DNA of 63,698 bases, filler included, from Limisphaerales bacterium (GTDB lineage Bacteria; Verrucomicrobiota; Verrucomicrobiia; Limisphaerales; SIBE01), in NCBI GenBank assembly GCA_044225505.1. It is 4 parts of 4 records of this genome, joined end to end, with 100 filler letters (N's around TTAATTAATTAA, not from the genome) between each part and the next. Parts side by side here need not be neighbours in the genome. Positions count along the whole stretch, not along the records: positions 33,272 to 49,916 come from JBGAIN010000178.1; positions 50,017 to 63,698 come from JBGAIN010000198.1; 2 more parts are not named here. One strand, 5' to 3'. Below, piece after piece: positions 40,412 to 50,385 of this stretch. The notes beneath the pieces were generated by a model. That model was not told the DNA's origin. It made no database searches and saw only the letters and a program-made list of their open reading frames with translations. A program made the translations under genes and the position numbers. The first letter of the stretch is position 1; each line of letters begins with the position of its first letter.

Positions 40412-42648
40412 AAACGTTAGCGTCTCTGGGGAAGAGTCATCCTTTTCTACCTGTGCTGCGGCATCGAACTGGGCCATTAACCGCCGAGTTGGTCTTGCAA
40501 CCCAGCAAATTCGGACTGGGACGGTTGCCCGCTCGGCTGCAGCCCGATGCCACCACGGGATTAGTGTGCGGCTTTTGTGCGACTGGCTGTTCTTTGAACG
40601 CTCATTTGCGCGAGGGGCAGGCAATCAATCTAAGCGCGACAGCCGATTACCCAGTCAACTTGGGAATGGCTTGCCCGAAAGGGTGGGAAGCTCTGACGCC
40701 ATTGCGAGCTCCGGATCGTGCCCTTGCGCCGTTGCTGCGTAATGAACGGAGCGGTCTTTTAGAGACTTGCGACTGGGAGAGAGCCCTCGTGCTGTTTTCC
40801 GAGCGATTCAAAGATGTCCAACGGCGGTATGGCCCGGAGAGCGTCGCCTGGGTCGGGACTGGGCAAATCCCCAACGAGGAGTTAGCCTTTTTGGGAGCCC
40901 TGGCGAAGTTCGGGATGGGGATTGTCCATGGCGATGGGAATACACGCCAATGTATGGCCACCGCAGTCACGGCTTACAAACAGTCGTTCGGATTCGACGC
41001 CCCTCCTTATTCCTATGCCGATTTCGAAGAATCGGACGTGATCTTGCTCATCGGTTCGAACCTCTGCATCGCGCACCCGATTCTTTGGCAGCGCGTGCTC
41101 CGGAACCGGCGGCATCCAGAGATCATCGTGATTGATCCGCGCAAAACGGAGACAGCGATGGCAGCCACGCAGCATTATGCAATTCGGCCCAAGAGTGATC
41201 TGGTCTTGTTCTACGGTCTGGCGCGGCGCCTCATGGAGTGGGGCGGGGTCGATGCGACGTTCGTTGCGCAACACACCGAGGGCTTTGCGGAATTCGCCGC
41301 CTTTGTCCAATCGTTTTCATCGGAGATCGTTTGCGAGGCGACGGGATTGAGCGGAGCTCAGCTGGATCGATTGGCGACGACGATTCTTGACGGCGAGCGA
41401 GTCTCCTATTGGTGGACCATGGGCGTCAATCAAGGGCATGAGGCGACTCGCACGGCGCAGGCCGTTATCAACCTGGCGCTAATGACCGGCCAGATCGGTC
41501 GTCCTGGCACCGGGGCTAACTCTCTCACGGGCCAGTGCAACGCCATGGGATCGAGGCTATTTTCAAACACAACAAATTTGTTGGGCGGTCACGATTTTCT
41601 GAGGGCGGATCATCGTGCCAAAGTCGCCGGTATTCTCGACATTCCCGTGGAACGTATCCCTGATCGCAACTCCTGGGCCTATGATCAAATTGTTGACGGT
41701 ATCGAGTCCGGTGCGATCAAGGGACTTTGGGTCGTTGCCACTAATGCGGCGCATTCGTGGATCAACCAGAACAGATTCAAGAGTCTCAGAGATAAGCTCG
41801 AGTTTCTGGTGGTCCAAGACATGTTCACCACCACGGAAACGGCAGCACAGGCAGACCTTGTTTTGCCGGCAGCCGGTTGGGGAGAAAAGGATGGCACCTT
41901 TATCAATTCAGAGCGGCGAATTGGGCTGATCAAGAGAGTGGCTCGCGCTCCCGGTCAGGCGTTGTCCGATTTTAACATCTTCCGTTTAATCGCGCATTAT
42001 TGGGGATGTGGCGAAATGTTCCGTCAATGGACATCTCCAGAAGAGGTTTTCCGGCTGTTGACCCAGTGCACGCGCGCTCAGCCTTGCGACATTTCCGGCA
42101 TTGGGGACTATCGAATGATCGACGAGTGTGGGGGCATCCAGTGGCCGTGGTCCCAAGCGAGTAGTGAGACCGGTACGTCCAAGATTCCCGATTCCGAGCG
42201 ACGTCTTTTTGCCGATGGGCGTTTCTATCACGAAAGTGGACGGGCGCGGTTTATCTATTCCGCTCCTGTTGAACTGCCGGAACCGACGGATGAGGAATAC
42301 CCGCTCACGTTACTGACAGGACGCGGATCAAGCGCTCAATGGCACACGCAAACAAGGACTGGTAAATCGGACGTTTTGGCCAAGTTGCAGCCCAAAGAAG
42401 CCTACGTGGAAGTCAATCCCACCGACGCTTTAGCGCTGAGAATCTCAGACGGCCAAACGGTTCGGATCAGGTCGCGCCGTGGTCAGATGACAGCTCGTGC
42501 ATTTGTGACGTTGACCGTGCAGCCGGGGCAAGTGTTCGTGCCGATGCATTACGCGGCGACGAATCGACTAACCAACAACATCGTCGATCCTCACTCTCGA
42601 CAGCCGAACTATAAAGCATGCGCCGTCCGGCTGGAACAAGCCGACTAA
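40408..42648 (+). CDS. Assimilatory nitrate reductase catalytic subunit (NarB/NasA-like Mo-bisPGD enzyme)
   Basis: CGFCATGC...[45 protein letters not shown] and DPHSRQP; no Tat signal. Confidence 0.88.
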   Translation: MKTLASLGKSHPFLPVLRHRTGPLTAELVLQPSKFGLGRLPARLQPDATTGLVCGFCATGCSLNAHLREGQAINLSATADYPVNLGMACPKGWEALTPLRAPDRALAPLLRNERSGLLETCDWERALVLFSERFKDVQRRYGPESVAWVGTGQIPNEELAFLGALAKFGMGIVHGDGNTRQCMATAVTAYKQSFGFDAPPYSYADFEESDVILLIGSNLCIAHPILWQRVLRNRRHPEIIVIDPRKTETAMAATQHYAIRPKSDLVLFYGLARRLMEWGGVDATFVAQHTEGFAEFAAFVQSFSSEIVCEATGLSGAQLDRLATTILDGERVSYWWTMGVNQGHEATRTAQAVINLALMTGQIGRPGTGANSLTGQCNAMGSRLFSNTTNLLGGHDFLRADHRAKVAGILDIPVERIPDRNSWAYDQIVDGIESGAIKGLWVVATNAAHSWINQNRFKSLRDKLEFLVVQDMFTTTETAAQADLVLPAAGWGEKDGTFINSERRIGLIKRVARAPGQALSDFNIFRLIAHYWGCGEMFRQWTSPEEVFRLLTQCTRAQPCDISGIGDYRMIDECGGIQWPWSQASSETGTSKIPDSERRLFADGRFYHESGRARFIYSAPVELPEPTDEEYPLTLLTGRGSSAQWHTQTRTGKSDVLAKLQPKEAYVEVNPTDALALRISDGQTVRIRSRRGQMTARAFVTLTVQPGQVFVPMHYAATNRLTNNIVDPHSRQPNYKACAVRLEQAD

Positions 42649-43405
42649 ATCACGCCACAACCCGTTGGGCCATTCGACGAGAACAGGCCTCCTGCCGTTC
42701 AGAGCGTGTTTTGCCATGGTAGCAGCCGAGCATTTCAAACGCGTGGCGCTTGCTGGTGTGGGGAACTTCTTAGAGAGGCGGAAATGCAGGCCTAAATTCG
42801 CGGGGAAATCCGCCTCATCACTTCGTCGGCTACAGGACGTCGAGCTCCAATCCGACGAGTGTTTTCAGAGGTTTCAAGACAACCGCATCGAGCTCGTAGT
42901 GATCGGAATTAATCTTCACCCGCTCTCCTCGCGCAAGGTCTTGGTCCGAGCACCTGGTTTGCGCGTGCCGATGCCTTATGCATCGGCGAACATCGTGGAA
43001 CGTCTCGCCGAGCTGTAAGCCTCTACCTCTGGCCTAGGCCTATGGTCAAGGACGCCACACGGCGCGCCATTACCTTCAGCAGATGGGTCTTTGGGATCTG
43101 TTCTACTCCGGACATCCGCCCGATCTCGCCCCATTCTCAGACGCATTTGCCAAGCGGTTTGCTGACTACTGTTGGACCAATCAATGGACCTTGGGGGAAG
43201 AGGGGGATCCTCTCGCGGATCAACATTCAGAGCGCGTCGCGTTACGGGATCTGGTAAAAAAGTTCATAGTCGCTACCGAGGAGACTTGCTCATCACCGAG
43301 ACTACGTATGACGGCCAAAATCATCTCCGCCCCTTGCGCCGATGCGGGCGTAAGACTAATTTGACGAGTAGTGCTCGCTCCAAGGAGAACAAAACCACTA
43401 AGGAT

Positions 43406-43897
43406 ATGACGGACGAATCGGAACTAAACATTACTCGGGATCGAATGGTGCAGTTGTTAAACGAGGACCTGGCTCGCGAATATCAGGCGATTATCGCTTA
43501 CACGGTCTACAGTCAGGTTATTAAAGGAGCCGCGTTTATGGATATTGCGCGGGAACTGGAGGAACACGCTACCGAAGAGTTGGAGCATGCCCTTTTGATA
43601 GCAAAACAGATTGACTATTTGGGCGGTCGACCGACGGTGATGCCCAAAGCTGTCCGCATGTCGGAGCAGCCTGAGGATCTGTTGCGGTTCGACCTGGAAA
43701 ACGAGCGGGAGACAGTAGCGAATTATCGCCAGCGCATCCGTCAGGCGGAAGCCATGGGCGAGTTTGCGCTGAGCGAAACCCTCCGTCGGATTATCGTGCA
43801 GGAGCAGGAGCATGAGATCGATTTGTGCGACGCGCTTGGGATTGACGTACCACACGAAAAAGTTCGTGAGCGTCCGCTTCGACAGGATGTTATTTAG
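43406..43897 (+). CDS. Ferritin-like / bacterioferritin-family protein
   Basis: LNEDLAREYQAI, HATEELEHA, DLENERE and QEQEHE di-iron ligands. Confidence 0.85.
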   Translation: MTDESELNITRDRMVQLLNEDLAREYQAIIAYTVYSQVIKGAAFMDIARELEEHATEELEHALLIAKQIDYLGGRPTVMPKAVRMSEQPEDLLRFDLENERETVANYRQRIRQAEAMGEFALSETLRRIIVQEQEHEIDLCDALGIDVPHEKVRERPLRQDVI

Positions 43898-44058
43898 TCG
43901 ATGATATGACTGCCCAGAGAACTCGTTATTTTTTGTCGTTGTCGCATTAGTTTGGCTTCGACGGTGGCGCCTGCGCGAATGGGAACCGAACCCTCGTGTA
44001 TGGACCAAGGCAAAGTTTTTCTCGTGTTCGAGCGCAAGAGCTTTGAGAATCGGCTCGT

Positions 44059-45822
44059 TTGAACGCGAGTTGGATTCAACGGTATCAAGTTAGTTCGTAT
44101 TTCTGGGCGGCCTTGGGCGGACTAGCCTGGGCGGCTTCTTTTCCCAATCTCGGAATTGCCGGATTGGCTTGGATTGCGCCCGGTTGGGTATTGTTCGCCT
44201 CGCTTGGCCGGGCACCACGGGACGCATTTCGGGTCGGTTATGGCGCGGGGTATTTTTTTGCCCTTACCGCATTCTATTGGATTCTGCATGTTCCGTTCCC
44301 CGCAGGCGCGATTGCGGGTTGGCTGGCTTTAGCCGCTTATCTGGCGGTTTATCCCGCGATGTGGTGCTGGGCCAGTTGGCGGGTGTTTCGAGCTTTGGCT
44401 GGGGAGCACCGGTTGGATGGAGATCCAGTGGTCGGAGTGCCACTAGGGGGCGAAGTTCTCTGGCCGCGGATGGGAACTTCGGGGCCACCGTTGAATCAGC
44501 TTCGAGCCGTGCGATCGTTCGTGGCTGTGCCAGTGGCGCGACGAGTGGTATGGTCAATTTGTTGCGCCGCAATTTGGGTAGCGTTGGAGATGCTATTGGC
44601 GCGGCTGTTTACTGGGTTTTGGAATTTACTCGGCGTTTCCCAATATCAGGTCCTGCCGGTCATTCAGATCGTGACCTGGACAGGGGTTTACGGCGTTTCC
44701 TTTTCATTGTTTGGTTTTCCGTTTCACTGTGGAGCTGTGTTATTACAGCTGATCGCAACGCCGGCCAAACGAGGGGCATGGCTTGGGGATTTGGGTTTAC
44801 CATTAATAGTCTTACTCGTGGTCGTGGCTTATGGATCGGCGCGTGTCTCGGAGCAAGCGGCTCCCGTCAGGACTTTGGACGCCGTTCTGGTGCAGCCAAG
44901 CATTCCTCAGACCCTCATCTGGGATACAAACCAAAACGCCCTTCGATTTCAGCAGTTGATCAACCTTTCTGCGAAGGCTCTTCAGGAGAATACCAATGCG
45001 CACTTGATCGTCTGGCCGGAAGCCGCCGTTCCCAACATGCTCAGGTACGAACGCGAGATTTACCAGGCGGTCACCAATCTGGTAATGACCTATGGAGCCT
45101 ATCTCATTCTGGGGTCGGACGATGCCGTGCCTCGACCGGGCTCAGCTGGTCGCGAGGCTGACTATTACAACAGCAGCTTTTTGGTCACGCCGCAGGGGGA
45201 GATTGCGGCCTTTTACCGAAAACGTCGGCTCGTCATCTTTGGGGAGTATATTCCGCTGGAGCGTTGGGTGCCCTTTACGAAGTATCTCACGCCGGTTGGG
45301 GGTAGTTTCTCTGCGGGGACCGAGCCCATGCCGTTTTGGATTCCAGAACTGCGGACGAAAATAGGAGTTCTCATTTGTTTTGAGGACATCTTTCCCCATT
45401 ATACAGGGGAGTACGTTGAGGCGGATTCCGACTTCCTGCTAAACCTGACGAACAACGGTTGGTTCGGGGAAAGCGCGGCGCAGTGGCAACATGCGGCGAA
45501 TGCGGTCTTTCGGGCGGTTGAAAACCGAATTCCGCTCGTGCGTTGCGCCAACAACGGGCTGACCGGATGGGTCGATGCGTGGGGGGGGCTCCACGACATT
45601 TTAAAGCCGAATTCGCACGACATTTACGGTGCGGGCTATGAACTGGTGCGCGTTCCTCTTCTGAGCATGGGTCAGAGGCGGGAAGCGACGTTTTACAATC
45701 AGCATGGGGACTTTTTCGGCTGGGGATGTGTCTGCTTGACGGCGTTGCTGCTATTTTTTGGTCGCGGGGCAACGTCGAATCTGGGGGCTAGTCGGCGGGA
45801 GCCCGGTGACCTGGGGGCGTGA
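44059..45822 (+). CDS. lnt: Apolipoprotein N-acyltransferase
   Basis: VWPEAA, YRKRRLVIFGEYIP, LICFEDIF, NLTNNGWFG and RAVENR...RCANNG; TTG start. Confidence 0.93.
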   Translation: MNASWIQRYQVSSYFWAALGGLAWAASFPNLGIAGLAWIAPGWVLFASLGRAPRDAFRVGYGAGYFFALTAFYWILHVPFPAGAIAGWLALAAYLAVYPAMWCWASWRVFRALAGEHRLDGDPVVGVPLGGEVLWPRMGTSGPPLNQLRAVRSFVAVPVARRVVWSICCAAIWVALEMLLARLFTGFWNLLGVSQYQVLPVIQIVTWTGVYGVSFSLFGFPFHCGAVLLQLIATPAKRGAWLGDLGLPLIVLLVVVAYGSARVSEQAAPVRTLDAVLVQPSIPQTLIWDTNQNALRFQQLINLSAKALQENTNAHLIVWPEAAVPNMLRYEREIYQAVTNLVMTYGAYLILGSDDAVPRPGSAGREADYYNSSFLVTPQGEIAAFYRKRRLVIFGEYIPLERWVPFTKYLTPVGGSFSAGTEPMPFWIPELRTKIGVLICFEDIFPHYTGEYVEADSDFLLNLTNNGWFGESAAQWQHAANAVFRAVENRIPLVRCANNGLTGWVDAWGGLHDILKPNSHDIYGAGYELVRVPLLSMGQRREATFYNQHGDFFGWGCVCLTALLLFFGRGATSNLGASRREPGDLGA

Positions 45823-48800
45823 CTGTCTGTAAAATGATTTGCGCGCGCTGCGAGCTCGCGCAATCGTTAGGAATCGATCGGGTTTTAGCCATTCTAAACC
45901 ACCATCGTTGGCGCGCGCTAGCCAGCGGAGCGATCGCGGTCGTGATTTCTTTAGCTGCGGCGCCGCGCCTTTGGGCAGAACGATCCTCCAATTGGCGCAT
46001 GTTTAAGACCAGCGATGGGCTTCACGATAGTTATGCTGCCTCGGTCTCGGTCAGCCCACGGGGAAACATTTGGGTGAAGCATGGGGATGCCGATGCCATC
46101 AGCGTCTTTAACGGCTACAAAGTCCAGACCATGCCGTCGCCAGGACGGGATGCCTACCGAATCTACGAAAGCCGAACGGGCCAACTCTGGTCGCTCTACG
46201 CTTCGGGACTCGTCGTCTATACCGGCGAGCAGTGGGCGTATCATCCCATAGCCGAAATCCGCGATGAGATTCAGTCGGACCCTCTGCGCCAACTCCGTCA
46301 AGTTCCATTGCTCCCCGCTGAACAGGGACGTGTCCTTTTTCTGCTGTCCGACCGGCTCATGGAATACGACGCGGGCACGCGCAGGGCGTTGACTGTGAAA
46401 TCGGTTGCAGAAACACACTTGGACCGATTCCTCGAGATGGCGGAGTCTCGCGATGGCGGGGTGTGGGTAACGGGAATTCGAGGCATTGGCAAACTGCCCG
46501 GGCCAATGAAGCATCTCCGGGCGGGGGCTGAGTTTCAGGAATTTCTCACGGATGAAACCACGCATGCTGAGAATCTGCAGCGGCCGTTTGAAGACGCGGC
46601 GGGCGTGGTCACGGTTTCGGCAACGGACGCTCGTGCCAACGGGCAGAGGCTGGTCTTGCAGTTGGCCGCCGGGAAGTGGACCGTTCGGCCAGTTGAAATG
46701 GCGAATATTCGCCAAGCCTGGTCGGCGTGGGACGGCGTGTGTTGGGCCTATACGGTGAATTCGCTCTGGCGGTTTGATCCGTTGCCAGGAACTTCGGCGC
46801 GAGAGCGGATCTGGGCGGGCCAATACAAAGATGTTGCCATCGAGACGAACGACGTCTTTTGGCTGGCGACATCCGAGGGATTGCTCCGCTACGCGCCAAA
46901 CCTTTGGCGGACGCCAGTCGAGTTGGAGGATATCAATTCCCACGTTCACGCCATCGCGCAGGATACGAAAGATCGGATCTGGTTCGCCACGAGTGAAGCG
47001 TTGCTCTCGTTCCAGACCGGCCGGACCAAGGCCGTGAAGTGGCCTGAGGGGCTCGAGGGAAGTTTTGAAGCTAACGACTCTCTCTATGCTCTGCCCGATG
47101 GTCACATGGCGGTCGGCGCGGGGGCCCGTTCGTTTCTCTTCGATCCACAGACAGATCAGTTTCAAATTCTCGATCATCCTTCCGGGCGACGTGTTCGGCT
47201 GTTGGGGCAGAGCAGTGACGGGGTTGTGATCGGACAACTCCAGGCTGCTGAGGGCACGGCCAATTCCGGGTTTGAACTGGCCAAATACGATGGGGCCAGT
47301 TTTGAGCCATTCCTGACCTCTCCTGCGTCCTGGAGCTACGGGGCTGACATCTTGTTTGTTACTCTGCTCTCCAATGGCGATGTCTGGGTTGGGGCTCACG
47401 GCGGCTTGGGCCGGTTCCGTAACGGGACTTTGGAACAATTCGGGTTGGCGGAAGGCTTCACAGACACGCGGGCCTCCTTCGTAGCCGAGGTGGGAGGAGG
47501 CAAGCTTTGGTGCGGCGGTGTTGATCGTATCTTCGAACTCAACGGCCGAAGTTGGTCCGTGGTGCGGGGCGGGTTTGACCGCATTAGCGCGGTGGTCAAA
47601 GGGTTCGATGACAGACTTTGGATCGCAACGGCGGCTGGTCTTTTCAGTTTTGCGAACGGGTCCTGGGTCCAATACGGGGTGGAGGAGGGGTTAGCCAGTC
47701 AGGGGGTGTCTAAGGTATTTGTCTCGGCGCCGGGCCAGCTTTGGGCTGGAACTACTCGTGGGGTGAGTCGGTATCACCCGGACGCAGATCTGGCTCCGCC
47801 CAAGACCTTGCCGCCTCTCTTGGAGGATCCGAATGGCGATGTCTCGGGAGAGCGGACCACAATCCTACTCAATGGATATGACAAATGGCTGAATACTCCG
47901 GGCGATCGATTGCTCTACACCACACGTTTGGATGACGGCCTGTGGTCGCCTTATACCAACAGCATCATCAAGACGTTCGAGCGCTTGGGCGCGGGCAAAC
48001 ACCGTGTCGATGTACGCACGATGGACCGGAATCGCAACGAAGATCCCGATTTCGCTTCATTGGAATTCACGGTCGTTCTCCCGTGGAGCAAGGATCCGCG
48101 GTTGATCGGCAGTGTCCTCTCAGCCGCGGTATTGGTCATCTTTTTCGCTGGCTTGGCAGTGAATCGCCATCTTCGGCTCATTCGGAGTTACGCTGAAGTC
48201 GAAAGGATTGTCTCGGTGAGGACCCGGGAGTTAGAGCGAGCCAACGAGGAGCTTGTGCAAAGTCAGAAGATGAAGGCCCTGGGCGCACTGGCGGCCGGTA
48301 TCGCTCATGATTTTAACAACATCCTTTCCATCATCAAAGGCTCCGCGCAGATCATCCAGAACAACCTGGATGACAAGCGCAAAATCCTGACGCGCTTAAG
48401 CCGAATCCAGGCGGTCGTGGAGCAAGGTTCCGGGGTGGTCCGCTCTATTCTCGGGTTGAGCCGAGTGAAGGAAAAGGACTTCCTTCGCGCGGATCTGAAC
48501 GGTGTGGTGGACGATGCCCTGAAGCTGGTTGGCGATCGATTCCTCGCGGACACCACGGTCCAGTTTCTGCCGGAGCCCTCGTTGCCTTCGGTTTGGATTG
48601 TCCCTGAGCTCGTGCAACAGATGCTGCTCAATCTTATTTTGAACGCTGCCGACGCCATGGATCATCGTGGCCAGATCGTCCTGAGCACCGGCGAACTTCT
48701 CCATCTCCCGCCCGACCTGGCTCTCGCCCCCGGCCGTGCCGCCGAATATCTCTTTGTCTCAGTGCGCGACACCGGTTGTGGCATTTCGCCGGAGATCCTG

Positions 48801-49025
48801 CCGCGCATTTTTGAGCCGTTTTTTACCACCAAAGCCCTTTCGGTCCGCCGAGGGACAGGGCTGGGACTTTCAATTGTCTACGAGTTGGCCAGGCAAATGG
48901 ACTGCGGCCTCGAGGTCCGATCGGCTGTGGGACGCGGCAGCACCTTTCGCATTATTGTGCCTGTCCGGGAACGGCTGGCCGGAGCCAACAATCCGCTCGC
49001 TGAGGCTTCCGGGGAAGCTCTTTGA
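45819..49025 (+). CDS. Sensor histidine kinase with periplasmic Reg_prop propellers and a Y_Y_Y-like domain
   Basis: WLATSEGL/WIATAAGL repeats, GKHRVDVRT, one TM helix, H-box LAAGIAHDFNNIL, NLILNAADAM, DTGCGI, FFTTK and GTGLGL. Start uncertain. Confidence 0.88.
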   Translation: MTVCKMICARCELAQSLGIDRVLAILNHHRWRALASGAIAVVISLAAAPRLWAERSSNWRMFKTSDGLHDSYAASVSVSPRGNIWVKHGDADAISVFNGYKVQTMPSPGRDAYRIYESRTGQLWSLYASGLVVYTGEQWAYHPIAEIRDEIQSDPLRQLRQVPLLPAEQGRVLFLLSDRLMEYDAGTRRALTVKSVAETHLDRFLEMAESRDGGVWVTGIRGIGKLPGPMKHLRAGAEFQEFLTDETTHAENLQRPFEDAAGVVTVSATDARANGQRLVLQLAAGKWTVRPVEMANIRQAWSAWDGVCWAYTVNSLWRFDPLPGTSARERIWAGQYKDVAIETNDVFWLATSEGLLRYAPNLWRTPVELEDINSHVHAIAQDTKDRIWFATSEALLSFQTGRTKAVKWPEGLEGSFEANDSLYALPDGHMAVGAGARSFLFDPQTDQFQILDHPSGRRVRLLGQSSDGVVIGQLQAAEGTANSGFELAKYDGASFEPFLTSPASWSYGADILFVTLLSNGDVWVGAHGGLGRFRNGTLEQFGLAEGFTDTRASFVAEVGGGKLWCGGVDRIFELNGRSWSVVRGGFDRISAVVKGFDDRLWIATAAGLFSFANGSWVQYGVEEGLASQGVSKVFVSAPGQLWAGTTRGVSRYHPDADLAPPKTLPPLLEDPNGDVSGERTTILLNGYDKWLNTPGDRLLYTTRLDDGLWSPYTNSIIKTFERLGAGKHRVDVRTMDRNRNEDPDFASLEFTVVLPWSKDPRLIGSVLSAAVLVIFFAGLAVNRHLRLIRSYAEVERIVSVRTRELERANEELVQSQKMKALGALAAGIAHDFNNILSIIKGSAQIIQNNLDDKRKILTRLSRIQAVVEQGSGVVRSILGLSRVKEKDFLRADLNGVVDDALKLVGDRFLADTTVQFLPEPSLPSVWIVPELVQQMLLNLILNAADAMDHRGQIVLSTGELLHLPPDLALAPGRAAEYLFVSVRDTGCGISPEILPRIFEPFFTTKALSVRRGTGLGLSIVYELARQMDCGLEVRSAVGRGSTFRIIVPVRERLAGANNPLAEASGEAL

Positions 49026-49048
49026 CGCGTGCCAGCGCGCCGGGCCAT

Positions 49049-49681
49049 TCAGAGGCGAGGCCGCTGCCGAGCTACCTTCCCGAACTGATACGCAATCGTT
49101 TTCCCAAAGAAATGATCTAGCTCAGAAACTTGCGCCGGGCTCGGACGGAGGCGAAGCAGTGACTCCCAGCCGGCTTCAGTAAGATGCCGCAAGATCTCTT
49201 GGGCTCCAGCCGTCAATTTGGCTTCGCCGAGTTCCGGACCGACCCCCAACTCGGCCATCAGGCGTGCCTCAAACGCAAAAAGCGTAAGCGCGCGATTCGA
49301 TGAGTGGATCAAGCTTTGGAGGCTTTGCAGTACCAAGTCCAAAAGTCCCGGGAGCGGAGTGTGTGCTTCGGTGGTTTGTTCGATCAGGTGAACGAAGTAA
49401 CATGCGGGTTGCAAGTAAGCGAGGTCCAACCGTAACTCCGGGTGATGCGCAAGAACTCGGACTTCGCGCAGCGTGTGGAGATCGCTCCGGCGGCTCGGCA
49501 TGAAACTGAACTCGGCGAAGTAAAAGAGATCGAGCTTCCCAGCAAAGGGCGACTTTGGACGGCGCGCCCCTTTTGCTACTGTGCTGATTCGGCCCTGGTC
49601 TTGCGTAAGCCAAGAGACAATGAGGCTGGTCTCCGTCAGCGGGCGGGTTCTCAGAATCAAACCGGTGGCGCGGTCTTGCAT
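49049..49681 (-). CDS. recO: DNA repair protein RecO
   Basis: ATGLILRTRPLTETSLIV...GRISTVAKGARRPKSPFAGKLDLF. Confidence 0.9.
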   Translation of the reverse strand: MQDRATGLILRTRPLTETSLIVSWLTQDQGRISTVAKGARRPKSPFAGKLDLFYFAEFSFMPSRRSDLHTLREVRVLAHHPELRLDLAYLQPACYFVHLIEQTTEAHTPLPGLLDLVLQSLQSLIHSSNRALTLFAFEARLMAELGVGPELGEAKLTAGAQEILRHLTEAGWESLLRLRPSPAQVSELDHFFGKTIAYQFGKVARQRPRL

Positions 49682-49916
49682 GGGGCGTTCGCCTCGAAAT
49701 TAAATTCTTGGTGCGATGCTGAAGCGCGCCGGACGGGGGCGGTTGGAACCGGCGCTGGCCAACGCCATCCCATGCCGATGGAATGGCCGGCCCTGAATGC
49801 GTCCGCCGAGTCGGGTCTCATTTCTCGATGATCTCGGCAGACGGTTGAGGCGAGGGCACAACCGCTGAGTGCCCCACCTGGACGCTCATCTCTTTGCGGG
49901 ATTGAACTCCAGGCAG

Positions 49917-50016
49917 NNNNNNNNNNNNNNNNNNNNNNNNNNNNNNNNNNNNNNNNNNNNTTAATTAATTAANNNNNNNNNNNNNNNNNNNNNNNNNNNN
50001 NNNNNNNNNNNNNNNN
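49917..50016. other. Artificial contig linker
   Basis: N44-TTAATTAATTAA-N44. Confidence 0.98.
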
Positions 50017-50333
50017 CTGCTTTATTACCGCACGCGACTCGAGTCAACGTCGAGGCTCTGGAACAACGCCAACCCGGATGCGAAACGTTGCAGCGCTACG
50101 CGCGGATTGGGCAAATTTTACGTGGCAGCGCTTCCGGAAATGCAGCGGACACGGTCGCGTGGATCGCTCAGTTGTGCTCGAGCCTTGCTGTCAGGTCACT
50201 CGGCAGCCTCGGCGTTCGCCGCGACGATTTCGGGGAACTTGTCGAGAAGGCAGGCAAAGCCAGCAGCATGAAAGCAAATCCCATCGCACTAACGCCAGCC
50301 GAGTTGCACCGCATTTTGGAGCTGGCTTTTTGA
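50017..50333 (+). CDS. Iron-containing alcohol dehydrogenase, C-terminal fragment (5'-partial)
   Basis: ALLPH...RYARIG...LGSLGV...LVEKA..ASSMKANPIALT is the typical Fe-ADH C-terminus. Confidence 0.75.
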
Positions 50334-50385
50334 GTCTGCTCGAGCCGCGGTCGAACCATCGCCCAGTGGCGACGGGAACCGGCCG

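Noticed and set aside
45951..47672. Long antisense ORFs (also 36546-38000, 14681-15820 and 59868-60785)
   Set aside because: They are shadows of well-supported opposite-strand genes in GC-rich DNA.
49690..49916. Possible 3' end of a minus-strand gene upstream of recO
   Set aside because: Too short at the contig edge; two frames are equally plausible.
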